A stretch of DNA of 64,000 nt from an uncultured Nitrospiraceae bacterium (GCA_963705105.1 CAVPIW010000007.1:64001-128000); one strand, 5' to 3'. Positions 21,601 through 30,181 are shown, counted from the first letter of the stretch. Program-made: numbers and translations. The notes: a model not told the origin generated them from the letters alone.

Positions 21601-23220
21601 GGCTACAACCCCGCTGGAAAACTCAATAGCGCAACAATTGGGAGAGGGCATTATTCCTTTACCTATAATGCGACAACGGGCAACCTGGAAAGGATAACCT
21701 CGCCCGATGGGATAACTCTGACATATTCACGCGCCGGGTTCCTCCTGACCGGCGCGTCCTGGGCGGGGGCTGTCACAGGTAACGTGGGATACACGTACAA
21801 CAACAATTTCTGGGTCACGAGCCAGACGGTCAACGGCGGCAACAGCATTTCTTTCGCATATGACGCCGATGGTCTCATGACCGGTGCGGGGGATCTTGCG
21901 ATTAACCGTAACGCGCAAAACGGTCTGCTGACTGGAACCGCTCTTGGAAATATGACCGATTCATTCACGTACAATTCCTATGGGGAAGTCTCCCAGTACA
22001 TCGCTTCTTATGGCGGATCGCCTATCCTGTCAGTCCAATATGACCGTGACGAACTCGGCAGGATCATCAGGAAGACCGAGACCATCGGTAATGCGACCAG
22101 CGTTTATGAGTATGGATACGACCTTGCCGGGCGTCTGAACCAGGTCAAGAAAGACAGCGCCGTTATTTCCGAGTATACGTATGATCCCAACGGGAACCGC
22201 CTCAGCCTCACCACTCCGAGCGGGACCGTTGCCGGAACATATGATGACCAGGACAGGCTGCTGAGTTATGGGACCTTCAACTACACGCATTCACTGGCAG
22301 GGGAACTGAAGAGCAAAAAGAACGAGTCAACGGGTGCGACAACAAACTACGTCTACGACGAACTGGGGAACCTTGTCTCCGTAACCATGCCTGATGGCAC
22401 ATTGATCGAATATGTCATAGACGGACAGAATCGCCGTATAGGGAAGAGGGTGAACGGTGCATTAGTGCAAGGCTTACTATACGAAGGCCAGTTGCGCCCC
22501 GTCGCCGAACTGGATGGCTCAAACAACATCGTCAGCCGCTTCGTGTACGCGAACAAAGTGAATGTTCCCGAGTACATGATCAAAGGTGGCGTAACCTATC
22601 GGATCATCACCGACCATCTCGGAAGTCCAAGATTAGTGGTCAATGTTGCTGATGGCTCAATCGTCCAACGCATAGACTACGACGAGTTTGGAAACGTCAT
22701 CCTTGACACAAACCCTGGCTTTCAACCGTTTGGCTTTGCTGGTGGTCTGTTCGATCAGAACACTAAGCTCACAAGATTTGGGGCGAGAGACTATGATGCG
22801 CAATTAGGAAAGTGGACATCGAAGGATCCAATCGGATTCCTGAGTGGGGATGCCAATATCTACGAATATGTAAGGAGTAGCCCAGCAAATTCAACCGACC
22901 CAAGCGGCTTGTCTGAATGTTCGGAGAAATGTGATAAGCTATCTGTATTAGGTATTCCCGCCCTACACGCACTGTTGGAAAAGTTGTCTGGACCGGGAGC
23001 AGAATTTTTGTCAAAACTATACTATTTCTTAACTGACGCGCGTTTCGTTGCATTTGGCAAATACTCAACTGTACTTGTGCCTGCCCTCGCTGGCACAATA
23101 GCCACAGTTATTGAACCAGTCATATATGCGTATGGCATATATGAATTGTATAAGTATATTAAAGAAAACTACGATATAGAAGTAGATCCAGACCTATTGA
23201 AATGCCTCTTAGGAAATTGA
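15625..23220 (+). CDS. Giant teneurin-like YD/Rhs protein: N-terminal hydrophobic signal, helical domain, 4 PKD-like repeats, 2 Cys-rich repeats, carboxypeptidase-like/FN-plug region, NHL propeller, YD shell, Rhs core, variable C-terminus
   Basis: PPVA.AG.DQ...TLDGS.S.D.DGD..W x4; C.PG.T.PCY.GP.GT.G.G.C and NGIDEDC.G x2; GDGGPA/PDGSLY.AD..N.RIRRV NHL repeats; YD repeats; TDHLGSP..YDEFG..FGARDYD..GKWTSKDPIG..DPSGL. Confidence 0.93.
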   Translation: MSVRNAVTRGQFLQGRFCRAIATILSFLMVVQVWPLQEVAAAQKSKPVLQPSSAIVQEYNDLSSFIETLPDSTLNKGQRNSLLSKLRNSLAAYQRGKPCTAANILNAFLNETAAMKRQFGIAQYLNNLAGALRHHLLASLPPDFKCSIADTNAPPVADAGPDQTVKVGATVTLDGSASNDADGDPLTFKWSFVSIPEGSAVALSGPATVNPTFVIDKPGTYVVQLIVNDGHVDGAPDTVSISTQNSPPVASAGPDQTKKVTEMVTLDGSKSSDVDGDLLRFSWSFVSVPEGSTATLSDATKVMPTFVVDKPGTYVIQLIVNDGAVDSAPDTVIISTENSPPVAEAGPNQSVHVGDVVTLDGSGSSDLDGDPLTYSWSVVSKPPTSGAVLSSPASQHPSLTVDKAGVYVIQLIVNDGKVNSEPDTVTVTTFNTPPVADAGQDQNAFVGQTVVLDGGGSYDIDGDPITYGWSFTSIPLGSAVTLSDQTTVNPAFTPDTAGLHVVQLIVNDGKVDSQPDTASVSVTVAECQPGATRPCYEGPQGTLGIGQCKEGLQTCGPDYAFGSCVGQVLPGDEILNNGIDEDCNGLDAQCMPGSTQPCYTGPAGTEGVGICRAGTVTCDANGVYGECVGQILPLAETPDNGIDEDCDGRDAVTQVLPPDPVTVAPPIDQTVATTVHASTAFLYTGSNPIQTGVAPGTIELKRAAVLRGKVMDREGNPLPGMTITILNHPEFGQTLSRADGMFDMAVNGGGYFTVKYEKIGFFPAQRQVQIPWQDYTWLPDVIMMAADPQVTTVELISNEPVQVARGTVQTDADGVRQATILFPQGTQATMVMPDGSTAPLTTLTVRATEYTVGPNGLKLMPAELPPTSGYTYAVELSADEAITAGAKTINFNQPLYFYVDNFLGFPVGLQVPVGYYDRDRGVWVPSPDGRVIKIVGISGQLADIDTNGDNVPDNDPSLGIAEQERAKLATLYNVGQSLWRAPIYHFSTYDLNYGVGPVAGAGGPGQSQANNSNNPNPSCSFGSIIECENRSIGEVVGVVGTPFALRYQSDRTPGYKNSFTLNIPVSGETVPSPLKRIDLNVTVAGRTFTQTFVSAPNQSHTFTWDGFDGFQRELMGGQSATVLIDYIYDGFYNRPPSHAASFGLPSGSRVPGDIPARQEVSLSQKYTARVGTWSNRSAGLGLWSLNIHHAYDPVAKVLYFGNGRQKSAESVQNTIDTSAGNGTAFFDGDGGPADKTSFSWPSSVAIGPDGSLYVLDYINGRVRKIGPDGIVSTVAGGGSCGPGIGDNGPATSACLGRPQGIALGPDGSLYIADSDNHRIRRVDKGGFIATLAGTGIQGYGGDGGPATQAYLNWPNDVAVGSDGSVYFSDGHNNRIRRVGTDGIITTTAGGGSGYRNDVPATQVSIFPSTLDVAKDGSVYLREYPSYHIHRIAPDGIITTFVGGGSNPGDGIKASEAAIGFTGAVAVGPDGSVYLRESMRIRRVGTDGIVTTVAGNGKQGFEGDTGPATAASVFDTADIAVSPDGSVYLAEHAAHRIRRVAFPLPALTPDPLAISSDDGSEVYVFSSAGRHLETRDVLTGTVKYAFSYNQAGQLTQITDADNNVTTIERDGIGNPMAIVAPFGQLTILSVDSNGYLASIINPAKETTRMAYTRDGLLASFTDPNGNTSTMEYDAMGLLRKDQNAAGGFWQLASERSPQISDVFVSSALGRRTRYLTQYLSTGDVRDTTTHPDQTSIVRLTKTDGTTETTAPDGTITTVVEGPDPLFGMQAPVQRSLTITVPDTKLVYTSATTRTATKPNQSHPLGIQSITETKTVNSRVFTTAFDFSTLTRTRTSPFGRQTTEVLDAKGLVIETRVPGIEPVKFTYDANGRLSSALQGSRTISLAYDTRGNLSSITDPLLRTVSFDYDLAERVTQQTFPDARDVNFDYDQNGNLTSLTPPGRPSHGFTHNEVNMQVDYVPPAISQGPSTTTNSYNLDKEPTTITRPDGSAITFGYNPAGKLNSATIGRGHYSFTYNATTGNLERITSPDGITLTYSRAGFLLTGASWAGAVTGNVGYTYNNNFWVTSQTVNGGNSISFAYDADGLMTGAGDLAINRNAQNGLLTGTALGNMTDSFTYNSYGEVSQYIASYGGSPILSVQYDRDELGRIIRKTETIGNATSVYEYGYDLAGRLNQVKKDSAVISEYTYDPNGNRLSLTTPSGTVAGTYDDQDRLLSYGTFNYTHSLAGELKSKKNESTGATTNYVYDELGNLVSVTMPDGTLIEYVIDGQNRRIGKRVNGALVQGLLYEGQLRPVAELDGSNNIVSRFVYANKVNVPEYMIKGGVTYRIITDHLGSPRLVVNVADGSIVQRIDYDEFGNVILDTNPGFQPFGFAGGLFDQNTKLTRFGARDYDAQLGKWTSKDPIGFLSGDANIYEYVRSSPANSTDPSGLSECSEKCDKLSVLGIPALHALLEKLSGPGAEFLSKLYYFLTDARFVAFGKYSTVLVPALAGTIATVIEPVIYAYGIYELYKYIKENYDIEVDPDLLKCLLGN

Positions 23221-23618
23221 ACAAGGGACAGAAAGAGTGACGGTTCTTGGGAGTTCTTGAGGGGTCTCTGATTTAACGGCTTGAACAGGTAAATTAGGTG
23301 TCGGTCTTTGGGCCAAAATAGGGACAGCGACCATTAACGCGAATCGCCCCAGTCATGAGGCTGGGTGGGTCAGAGGAGGCAAAGGGTCGGAGGAGGCAAA
23401 GGGTCGCGTCTACACATTTGACAGAAATGCTTTTTGCTTCATTAAAGAAACGAGGATTAGGTGTCAGGTTTGACTCTTGACAAGTCACCTGACACAGGAA
23501 AAAGGGACTTGGATTGAACATGTGCATATCATGTCATAGGTAAGGGAAAAGCAACCCCTTGGCAGTACGCACTCCCGCTAATGGTGGGGAAGCCGAGCCC
23601 AAGGGGTTTTTAGTTTCT

Positions 23619-23721
23619 ATGGCCTAAAATTCGACACGACATTGAATACCCCGGAGCGCTGTATCACATCACCAGCCGGGGCAATGAGCACAGGAAGATA
23701 TCTCGTGACGATGCTGACAAA
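23619..23721 (+). pseudogene. N-terminal remnant of Y1 (RAYT/IS200-like) transposase
   Basis: ATG GCC TAA then IEYPGALYHITSRGNEHRKISRDDAD, the typical start of REP-associated tyrosine transposases; no HUH motif follows. Confidence 0.75.
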
Positions 23722-24215
23722 TTAACCCGGGAGAAACCTACCCGGAGACACCCTGAAAATTCTATTGCAGGGTGTCTGTTATTTCAGGGACGTTACTGAG
23801 AGGGCATGCGGAAATTCTGTCATTTATAGGATAAGCGTACTCGCCGGGATACCAGACCACGCATGGTCACGGTTCCGTGCCGAGATGGCAGTATGCAGCC
23901 GAGACCGTGTTGCCGCCGGCGCCTCACTAAACTTGAGCTCGACACCAAACCGTCGCTCCCCCAGTTGGAGCCGGATCATTTGATCGGAACCATTGTGTGG
24001 CCAACGGAGAGAACTCCCAATCGCACAAGGGACGGCAGCTGACTAATCCTTCGGGCAAAACCAATTGCCGTCTTTCAGCTTGACTCACTATCCTTTTTTC
24101 GCTATGATGTGACGAAATGTAGTCGGCAGTTGACGAATCAAGTTATACAACAAGTCGATTTGGACACGAGAAAGTACTAAGGGCGCAACCAATCATCCAC
24201 GCCGGAGGGCATACC

Positions 24216-24566
24216 ATGGAATCAGTGGAATTAATAATACTGCTTATTGCCGCTGTGCTGATTTCTCTTTTATTCCGATGGAGGAAGTCTCAGACAGCGG
24301 GGCTTGGTTCCATGATATGCCGCAACTGCGGCTATATAGGGGAATCTAAAACAGTAACGAAAGGCAGCCTACTTATTGAAATAGCGCTCTGGCTATGCTT
24401 CATCGTGCCGGGGCTGATATACTCCCTTTGGCGGGTCACGACCAGATACTCTGCGTGCCCCACCTGCCATAATCCCACAATGATACCAATAGACTCGCCA
24501 ATAGGAAAGAAACTTGCCGCAGAAATTAAGGATGAATCGCGAAAGAATAATCTTATGCATCAATGA
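24216..24566 (+). CDS. Small membrane protein with split zinc ribbon (CxxC-hydrophobic-CxxC, LITAF/Pmp3-like)
   Basis: N-terminal TM; CRNCG...WLCFIVPGLIYSLWR...CPTC; GGAGG RBS. Confidence 0.8.
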   Translation: MESVELIILLIAAVLISLLFRWRKSQTAGLGSMICRNCGYIGESKTVTKGSLLIEIALWLCFIVPGLIYSLWRVTTRYSACPTCHNPTMIPIDSPIGKKLAAEIKDESRKNNLMHQ

Positions 24567-24585
24567 ATCAGAGTCGGAGTAAGAC

Positions 24586-24825
24586 ATGATCGAAAAACCC
24601 TGGTACAAGAAATGGTGGGGCGTGCTTCTCATAATCTTCGGTGTGCTGACATTCGTTAACATAGCCACTCAAAAGTACGTGCTGATGTCCAAGGCGTTGG
24701 CCTACAAGATAGCAAACGAGGGCCGTACACTTGAATCCGCCAAGAACGTCGGATTTAAAAAGCTCGTATTTACCGATGGCTTCAATAACAGTTGGACTTA
24801 TGATCTCACAAAGCCGAATGAATAA
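24586..24825 (+). CDS. Small membrane-anchored hypothetical protein (possibly internally truncated)
   Basis: KPWYKKWW followed by a TM helix; GGAG RBS; only 79 aa. Confidence 0.6.
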   Translation: MIEKPWYKKWWGVLLIIFGVLTFVNIATQKYVLMSKALAYKIANEGRTLESAKNVGFKKLVFTDGFNNSWTYDLTKPNE

Positions 24826-24873
24826 TCCGCATATGCGACGAGCAGCACAACCCCGTTCACTAAGGAGCCTTGT

Positions 24874-26871
24874 ATGAGCAACGGTGACCTTAACTGGATC
24901 GCCAATTTCATCTGGGGGATCGCGGACGACGTGCTCCGCGATCTCTACGTCCGCGGCAAATACCGCGACGTTATTCTGCCTATGACAGTCCTGCGCCGCC
25001 TTGACGCCGTTCTCGAACCGACCAAGCAGGCGATGCTCGACATGAAGACCTCGTTGGATAAAGTCGGCATCGTCCACCAGGACCAAGCCTTGCGGCAGGC
25101 GGCCGGTCAGGCCTTCTACAATACGTCCAGGTTCACCCTGCGTGACCTCAAAGCCCGCGCCAGCCAGCAGCAACTCAAGGCCGACTTCGAGGCCTATCTC
25201 GACGGCTTCTCATCGAACGTCCAGGACATCCTGGAGAACTTCGAGTTTCGCAACCAGATTCCTCGGCTCTCAAAGGCAGATGCCCTGGGCACGCTGATCG
25301 AGAAGTTGCTTTCGCCGGACATCAACCTAAGCCCCAATCCCGTCCTGAATGCTGACGGTTCGGTCAAGCAGCCCGGCCTCGACAACCACGCGATGGGGAC
25401 GATCTTTGAGGAACTTGTCCGACGCTTCAACGAGGAAAACAACGAGGAGGCGGGCGAGCACTGGACACCGCGCGACGCCGTCAAGCTGATGGCACGGCTC
25501 ATCTTCCTGCCCATAGCCGACAAGATCGAGTCGGGAACCTATCTCATTTACGACGGCGCTTGCGGGACAGGCGGCATGCTTACCGTCGCGGAGGAAACCC
25601 TTCAGCAACTCGCCGAGGAACAGGGCAAGCAAGTGGCCATCCACCTCTACGGCCAGGAGATCAACGCCGAGACCTACGCCATCTGCAAGGCCGATCTCCT
25701 TCTCAAGGGAGAGGGTGACGCGGCGGACAACATCGTCGGCGGTCCCCAGCATTCGACACTTGCCAACGACGCCTTCCCGTCTCGCGAGTTCGACTTCATG
25801 CTCAGCAATCCACCTTATGGGAAGAGTTGGAAGGGCGATCTCGAACGCTTGGGCGGCAAGGAAGGCATAAAGGACCCTCGTTTCGTGATAGAGCATGCAG
25901 GAGACCCGGAGTACTCGCTTATTACGCGGTCGAGCGACGGTCAGATGGTGTTCCTCGCCAACATGCTCTCCAAAATGAAGCACGGGACGGAGCTCGGAAG
26001 CCGCATCGCCGAGGTGCACAACGGCAGCTCTCTTTTCACCGGCGACGCGGGTCAGGGCGAAAGCAACATCCGCCGTTGGATCATCGAAAAGGACTGGCTG
26101 GAGGCCATCATCGCCCTGCCGCTCAACATGTTTTACAACACAGGCATTGCCACGTACATCTGGGTGCTGAGCAACCGCAAACCCGATCTTCGCAAGGGCA
26201 AGGTGCAGCTCATCGACGCCTCTCAGTGGTTCAAGCCGCTGCGTAAGAATCTCGGCAAGAAGAACTGCGAACTGTCCGATGAAGATATCCGTCGCATCTG
26301 CGACACCTTTCTCGCCTTCGAGGAGACGGAGCAGTCCAGGATCTTCCCCAACGCGGCCTTCGGCTACTGGAAGGTGACGGTCGAGAGGCCCCTGCGCCTC
26401 AAAGGGATTGACGCCAGCCGGGCCTATACCCCCAAGGAGATCAAGGCGCTTAAAGAGACAGCGGACCGCGACGAATCCGTCTCGCCTGTGATCAAGAAAA
26501 TCCACAAGCCCGGCAAGGCCGCCCCGGACCCATTACACGGCCTCTTTGGAGTAACCTTCAACGGCAAGCGTTACGTCGTCGAATACGAGCCTGATCCCGA
26601 CCTGCGGGACACCGAGCAGGTGCCTCTGCTTGAAGAAGGGGGCATCGAGGCCTTCCTGCGCCGCGAGGTCCTGCCCCATGCCCCGGACGCCTGGTATGAC
26701 CCCGGCAGCGTTAAGACCGGTTACGAGATCAGCTTCACGCGCTACTTCTACAAACCGCAGCCACTGCGCACGCTGGAGGAGATCCGCGCCGATATCCTGG
26801 CGTTGGAAAAGGAGTCCGAGGGGCTACTCGCGGAGATCATAGGGGGAGGCCAGTCGCTGGAAAGCAATTAA
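24874..26871 (+). CDS. hsdM: Type I restriction-modification methyltransferase subunit
   Basis: GEHWTPR, YDGACGTGGML (SAM motif I), YGQEIN, SNPPY (motif IV), MFYNTGIATY. Confidence 0.96.
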   Translation: MSNGDLNWIANFIWGIADDVLRDLYVRGKYRDVILPMTVLRRLDAVLEPTKQAMLDMKTSLDKVGIVHQDQALRQAAGQAFYNTSRFTLRDLKARASQQQLKADFEAYLDGFSSNVQDILENFEFRNQIPRLSKADALGTLIEKLLSPDINLSPNPVLNADGSVKQPGLDNHAMGTIFEELVRRFNEENNEEAGEHWTPRDAVKLMARLIFLPIADKIESGTYLIYDGACGTGGMLTVAEETLQQLAEEQGKQVAIHLYGQEINAETYAICKADLLLKGEGDAADNIVGGPQHSTLANDAFPSREFDFMLSNPPYGKSWKGDLERLGGKEGIKDPRFVIEHAGDPEYSLITRSSDGQMVFLANMLSKMKHGTELGSRIAEVHNGSSLFTGDAGQGESNIRRWIIEKDWLEAIIALPLNMFYNTGIATYIWVLSNRKPDLRKGKVQLIDASQWFKPLRKNLGKKNCELSDEDIRRICDTFLAFEETEQSRIFPNAAFGYWKVTVERPLRLKGIDASRAYTPKEIKALKETADRDESVSPVIKKIHKPGKAAPDPLHGLFGVTFNGKRYVVEYEPDPDLRDTEQVPLLEEGGIEAFLRREVLPHAPDAWYDPGSVKTGYEISFTRYFYKPQPLRTLEEIRADILALEKESEGLLAEIIGGGQSLESN

Positions 26872-26979
26872 AGATGGCTTTACTTATGGAATCACCGCTG
26901 ACACCTTAGTAAAGGTAGGGTTTAACATAACCCTCAAAATAGATTATATTAAGAGCAGCGGTTACCAAAGGAAGGACCC

Positions 26980-28158
26980 ATGTCGAAGCAGACTTCTTCC
27001 CGGGCAGGTCGGTATATCAGGCAACCTGCAGGCTATGATGCTTTCATTCCTGCACCCTTGCCGCCGAACCCGCCGTTGACCATCGATGAGTCCATGCAAA
27101 CGCTTCTGTCCCAAGCTGACCGCGCGCTCGGCAGGCTTGATGGATCAATCCAGACTCTCCCCGACCCGGATCTGTTTGTCTTCATGTACGTCCGCAAGGA
27201 GGCGGTTCTCTCCAGTCAGATTGAAGGAACACAGAGTTCCCTCATCAATCTTCTGGAAGCCGAGGCGATGATCTTCTCCCCCGATCGGCCCGGTGACGTC
27301 AGCGAGGTCATCAACTACGTTCACGCCATGAATCACGGGCTCAGCCGGCTGGCATCCTTACCCATCTCAATCCGCCTCATCCGCGAGATCCACGAGCTCT
27401 TGCTCAAAGGGGTACGAGGCGCCCACAGTGAGCCGGGCGAGTTGCGCCGCAGCCAGAACTGGATCGGTCCCGCCGGCTGCACTCTGCTTGACGCAGCTTT
27501 TGTGCCGCCTCCTCACGAAGAGGTTCCCAAAGCCCTGTCAGACCTGGAATTTTTCTTCCATCGGCAAACGGCCATCCCCATTCTCATTAAGGTTGGTATG
27601 GCCCATGCTCAGTTTGAGACAATCCACCCCTTTCTCGACGGCAACGGACGGATGGGGCGTTTGCTCATCACCTTCCTTCTCTGCGAGGGTGGCATCCTGC
27701 AAAAGCCTGTTCTCTACCTATCGCATTATTTCAAGCAGCGTCGCAACGAATACTATGATCGTTTGCAGGCTGTGCGCGATTTCGGGGATTGGGAGGGCTG
27801 GCTCACTTTCTTCCTGCGCGGAGTGACGGAGGTTGCCGTTGAGGCAACCGAAACGGCGAGGCGTATCGTCGACTTGCGGGAGAGCCATCGGCGCCTTATC
27901 ATAGGGAGTTTCGGCCGCGTCACCGCCGGCGGTCTCAAAGTACTCGAATCGCTGTACTCAAAACCGATTACAAGCGTGAAGGAAGTCCGCGCCCTCACCG
28001 GCATGACATTCCCCTCAGCCAGCGACCTGGTGAGGCGCTTTGTAGACGCCGGCTTGCTTACCGAGGTGACGGGTCGGGTCCGGAACCGACGCTTCAGCTA
28101 TGCGCCTTATATCGCGATCTTTTCTGACGATGATAAACTGAGGGAACAGACACGATGA
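26980..28158 (+). CDS. Fic-family protein (class II, N-terminal inhibitory motif, C-terminal HTH)
   Basis: HPFLDGNGRMGR catalytic motif; SSQIEG inhibitory motif. Confidence 0.95.
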   Translation: MSKQTSSRAGRYIRQPAGYDAFIPAPLPPNPPLTIDESMQTLLSQADRALGRLDGSIQTLPDPDLFVFMYVRKEAVLSSQIEGTQSSLINLLEAEAMIFSPDRPGDVSEVINYVHAMNHGLSRLASLPISIRLIREIHELLLKGVRGAHSEPGELRRSQNWIGPAGCTLLDAAFVPPPHEEVPKALSDLEFFFHRQTAIPILIKVGMAHAQFETIHPFLDGNGRMGRLLITFLLCEGGILQKPVLYLSHYFKQRRNEYYDRLQAVRDFGDWEGWLTFFLRGVTEVAVEATETARRIVDLRESHRRLIIGSFGRVTAGGLKVLESLYSKPITSVKEVRALTGMTFPSASDLVRRFVDAGLLTEVTGRVRNRRFSYAPYIAIFSDDDKLREQTR

Positions 28159-29633
28159 TCGCAGACCTCAAACCCTATCCGGCTTACAAGGACTCCGGCG
28201 TGCCGTGGCTGGGGGAGGTGCCGGAGCATTGGGAGGCCCATCGGATTCGTAATGCTACTGAAATGCGTGTGAGCAACGTCGACAAACACATGAAGGACAA
28301 CGAAGTACCAGTCCGGCTATGCAACTACGTTGATGTCTACAAACATGATCGCATCCGTCACGAAATGCCGTTCATGCGTGCTACCGCATCTCCAGAGGAG
28401 ATCGTGCGATTTCGACTTGAGCGTTGGGACGTACTCATTACCAAGGACTCGGAGGCATGGAATGACATCGGTGTGCCAGCTTTAGTCGAGCATCCTGCCG
28501 ATGACCTAATCTGTGGCTATCACTTGGCGCTTCTGCGTCCACAACGTGACCGTCTGAGTGGCGACTATCTATTTCGAGCTCTACAGAGTAATGCTGTGGC
28601 CCATCAGTTCCACGTGGCGGCGAACGGAGTAACGCGTTACGGGCTTTCACATGCTTCAATCAAGTCGATCTGGCTCCCAGTCCCGCCCCTCCCCGAACAA
28701 GCCGCTATAGTCCGTTTCCTTGACCACTATGACCGAAAGATCCGGCATTACATCCGTACCAAGCAAAAGTTGATCAAGCTGCTGGAGGAGCAGAAGCAGG
28801 TCATCATCCATAGCGCCATCACCCGTGGCCTCGACCCCAACGTCTGCCTCAAACCCTCCGGCATGGAGTGGCTGGGCGACGTGCCAGAGCATTGGGCAGT
28901 GGCACGACTGAAAACGTTAGTCTCCCAGGTGACGAGTGGATCACGTGGTTGGTCAAATTTCGCGGCAGACAATGGTCCATTGTTCATACGAATTGGTAAC
29001 CTTACACGTTCGTCGATTGGACTTGACCTTACCGACACAGTCAGGCTCAATCTTCCCAAATTTGCGAGTGTTGAAGCGGAACGCACAAGGATTCAGAAAA
29101 ACGATCTTTTGTTATCTATTACTGCCTATATTGGATCCGTTGCTGTCGTCCCCGGCAACCTCGGCGAAGCGTACATTAGCCAACATGTAGCCTGCTGTCG
29201 ACCCAAAACGACAATAGCAAACATTAAATGGATCGCGTATGTTTTATTGTCGCCGGTTGGACAAACGCACGGGCGACTTTGCATGTACGGCGGCACGAAG
29301 CAGGGACTTTCGCTTGACGATGTGAAGAATTACGTCGTTCTGCTTCCGTCTCCTGAAGAGCAGAACGCCTTGGTTGAATGGATAGAGAATGCAGCCGAGA
29401 GTATAGATCGTGCGATTGAAATCGCCCACCGCAAGATCTCCCTCCTCCACGAATACCGCACTCGCCTCATCGCCGATGTTGTCACCGGCAAGCTTGATGT
29501 GCGCGAAGCGGCTGCGAATTTGCCGGATGAACCCACGGGGCCAGCGACGTTCGACGAGGCTGATGCCCTGACTGACAACGAGGAAACCGTAACCGAAGAC
29601 CTTGACGGTGTTCATGAGGAGGCCGAGGCATGA
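28155..29633 (+). CDS. hsdS: Type I R-M specificity subunit
   Basis: Two TRDs preceded by repeated SG..WLG.VPEHW; PPLPEQ/PSPEEQ; LIADVVTGKLDV; acidic tail. Confidence 0.94.
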   Translation: MIADLKPYPAYKDSGVPWLGEVPEHWEAHRIRNATEMRVSNVDKHMKDNEVPVRLCNYVDVYKHDRIRHEMPFMRATASPEEIVRFRLERWDVLITKDSEAWNDIGVPALVEHPADDLICGYHLALLRPQRDRLSGDYLFRALQSNAVAHQFHVAANGVTRYGLSHASIKSIWLPVPPLPEQAAIVRFLDHYDRKIRHYIRTKQKLIKLLEEQKQVIIHSAITRGLDPNVCLKPSGMEWLGDVPEHWAVARLKTLVSQVTSGSRGWSNFAADNGPLFIRIGNLTRSSIGLDLTDTVRLNLPKFASVEAERTRIQKNDLLLSITAYIGSVAVVPGNLGEAYISQHVACCRPKTTIANIKWIAYVLLSPVGQTHGRLCMYGGTKQGLSLDDVKNYVVLLPSPEEQNALVEWIENAAESIDRAIEIAHRKISLLHEYRTRLIADVVTGKLDVREAAANLPDEPTGPATFDEADALTDNEETVTEDLDGVHEEAEA

Positions 29634-30057
29634 CTATTAATCGCTCCGTTGAATACCTGGTCGGACTAGTGAGAGAGCTGTGCAAGCTTCCTAACGAGAC
29701 GGAATGGGTGACAGGGTACCTTACATGATATCATTAAATTACAGAACGTTATCTGTCAGGCAGGTACTTGATGGGTACTTGATGGAAACCGGGGTAAAGC
29801 CGATGCCAGCGAAGGGTTCTTTCAGCAACTCGTTAACATTGAAGAACCGCAAATTAACAATGGCGCTTCGACGTAAGGAAGGATTTTCATAACGATATCA
29901 AGGCAATAGCCTTTGTTAAAAATGGAGCGACGGCAGGTTGTCTAACAAAGAAAAACAAAGAGGGCATTCCGGGGTGCTCCGGACGACAAAGCATGTTCGA
30001 CTCCATTGATGAGACACCGCCCGGAAGCTGATAAAACATGTCCCGTTTGGGGCGTAA
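29630..30057 (+). pseudogene. Remnant of AlbA_2/Schlafen-domain ATP-binding regulator (N- and C-terminal stubs only)
   Basis: MTINRSVEYLVGLVRELCKLPNETEWV coupled to the hsdS stop, and ARKLIKHVPFGA* stub ending 30057; middle absent. Confidence 0.6.
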
Positions 30058-30171
30058 GTTTTACTTGATGGGCACTTGATAAACCGACCGTTGTTATGGC
30101 GATCTTGGATCATAACAGACTGATTATGAATGCTTCTTATTGCATGAAGATACTTGATGGGTATTTGATGG
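29765..30171 (+). repeat. Three tandem-pair motifs (TACTTGATGGG x2)
   Basis: 29765-29785 TACTTGATGGGTACTTGATGG; 30062-30080 TACTTGATGGGCACTTGAT; 30151-30171 TACTTGATGGGTATTTGATGG. Confidence 0.85.
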
Positions 30172-30181
30172 ACGAGATCAA

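Noticed and set aside
24028..24075. Hairpin GACGGCAG...TTGCCGTC as a riboswitch upstream of the small membrane genes
   Set aside because: I could not match it to a known riboswitch consensus; a single stem is insufficient
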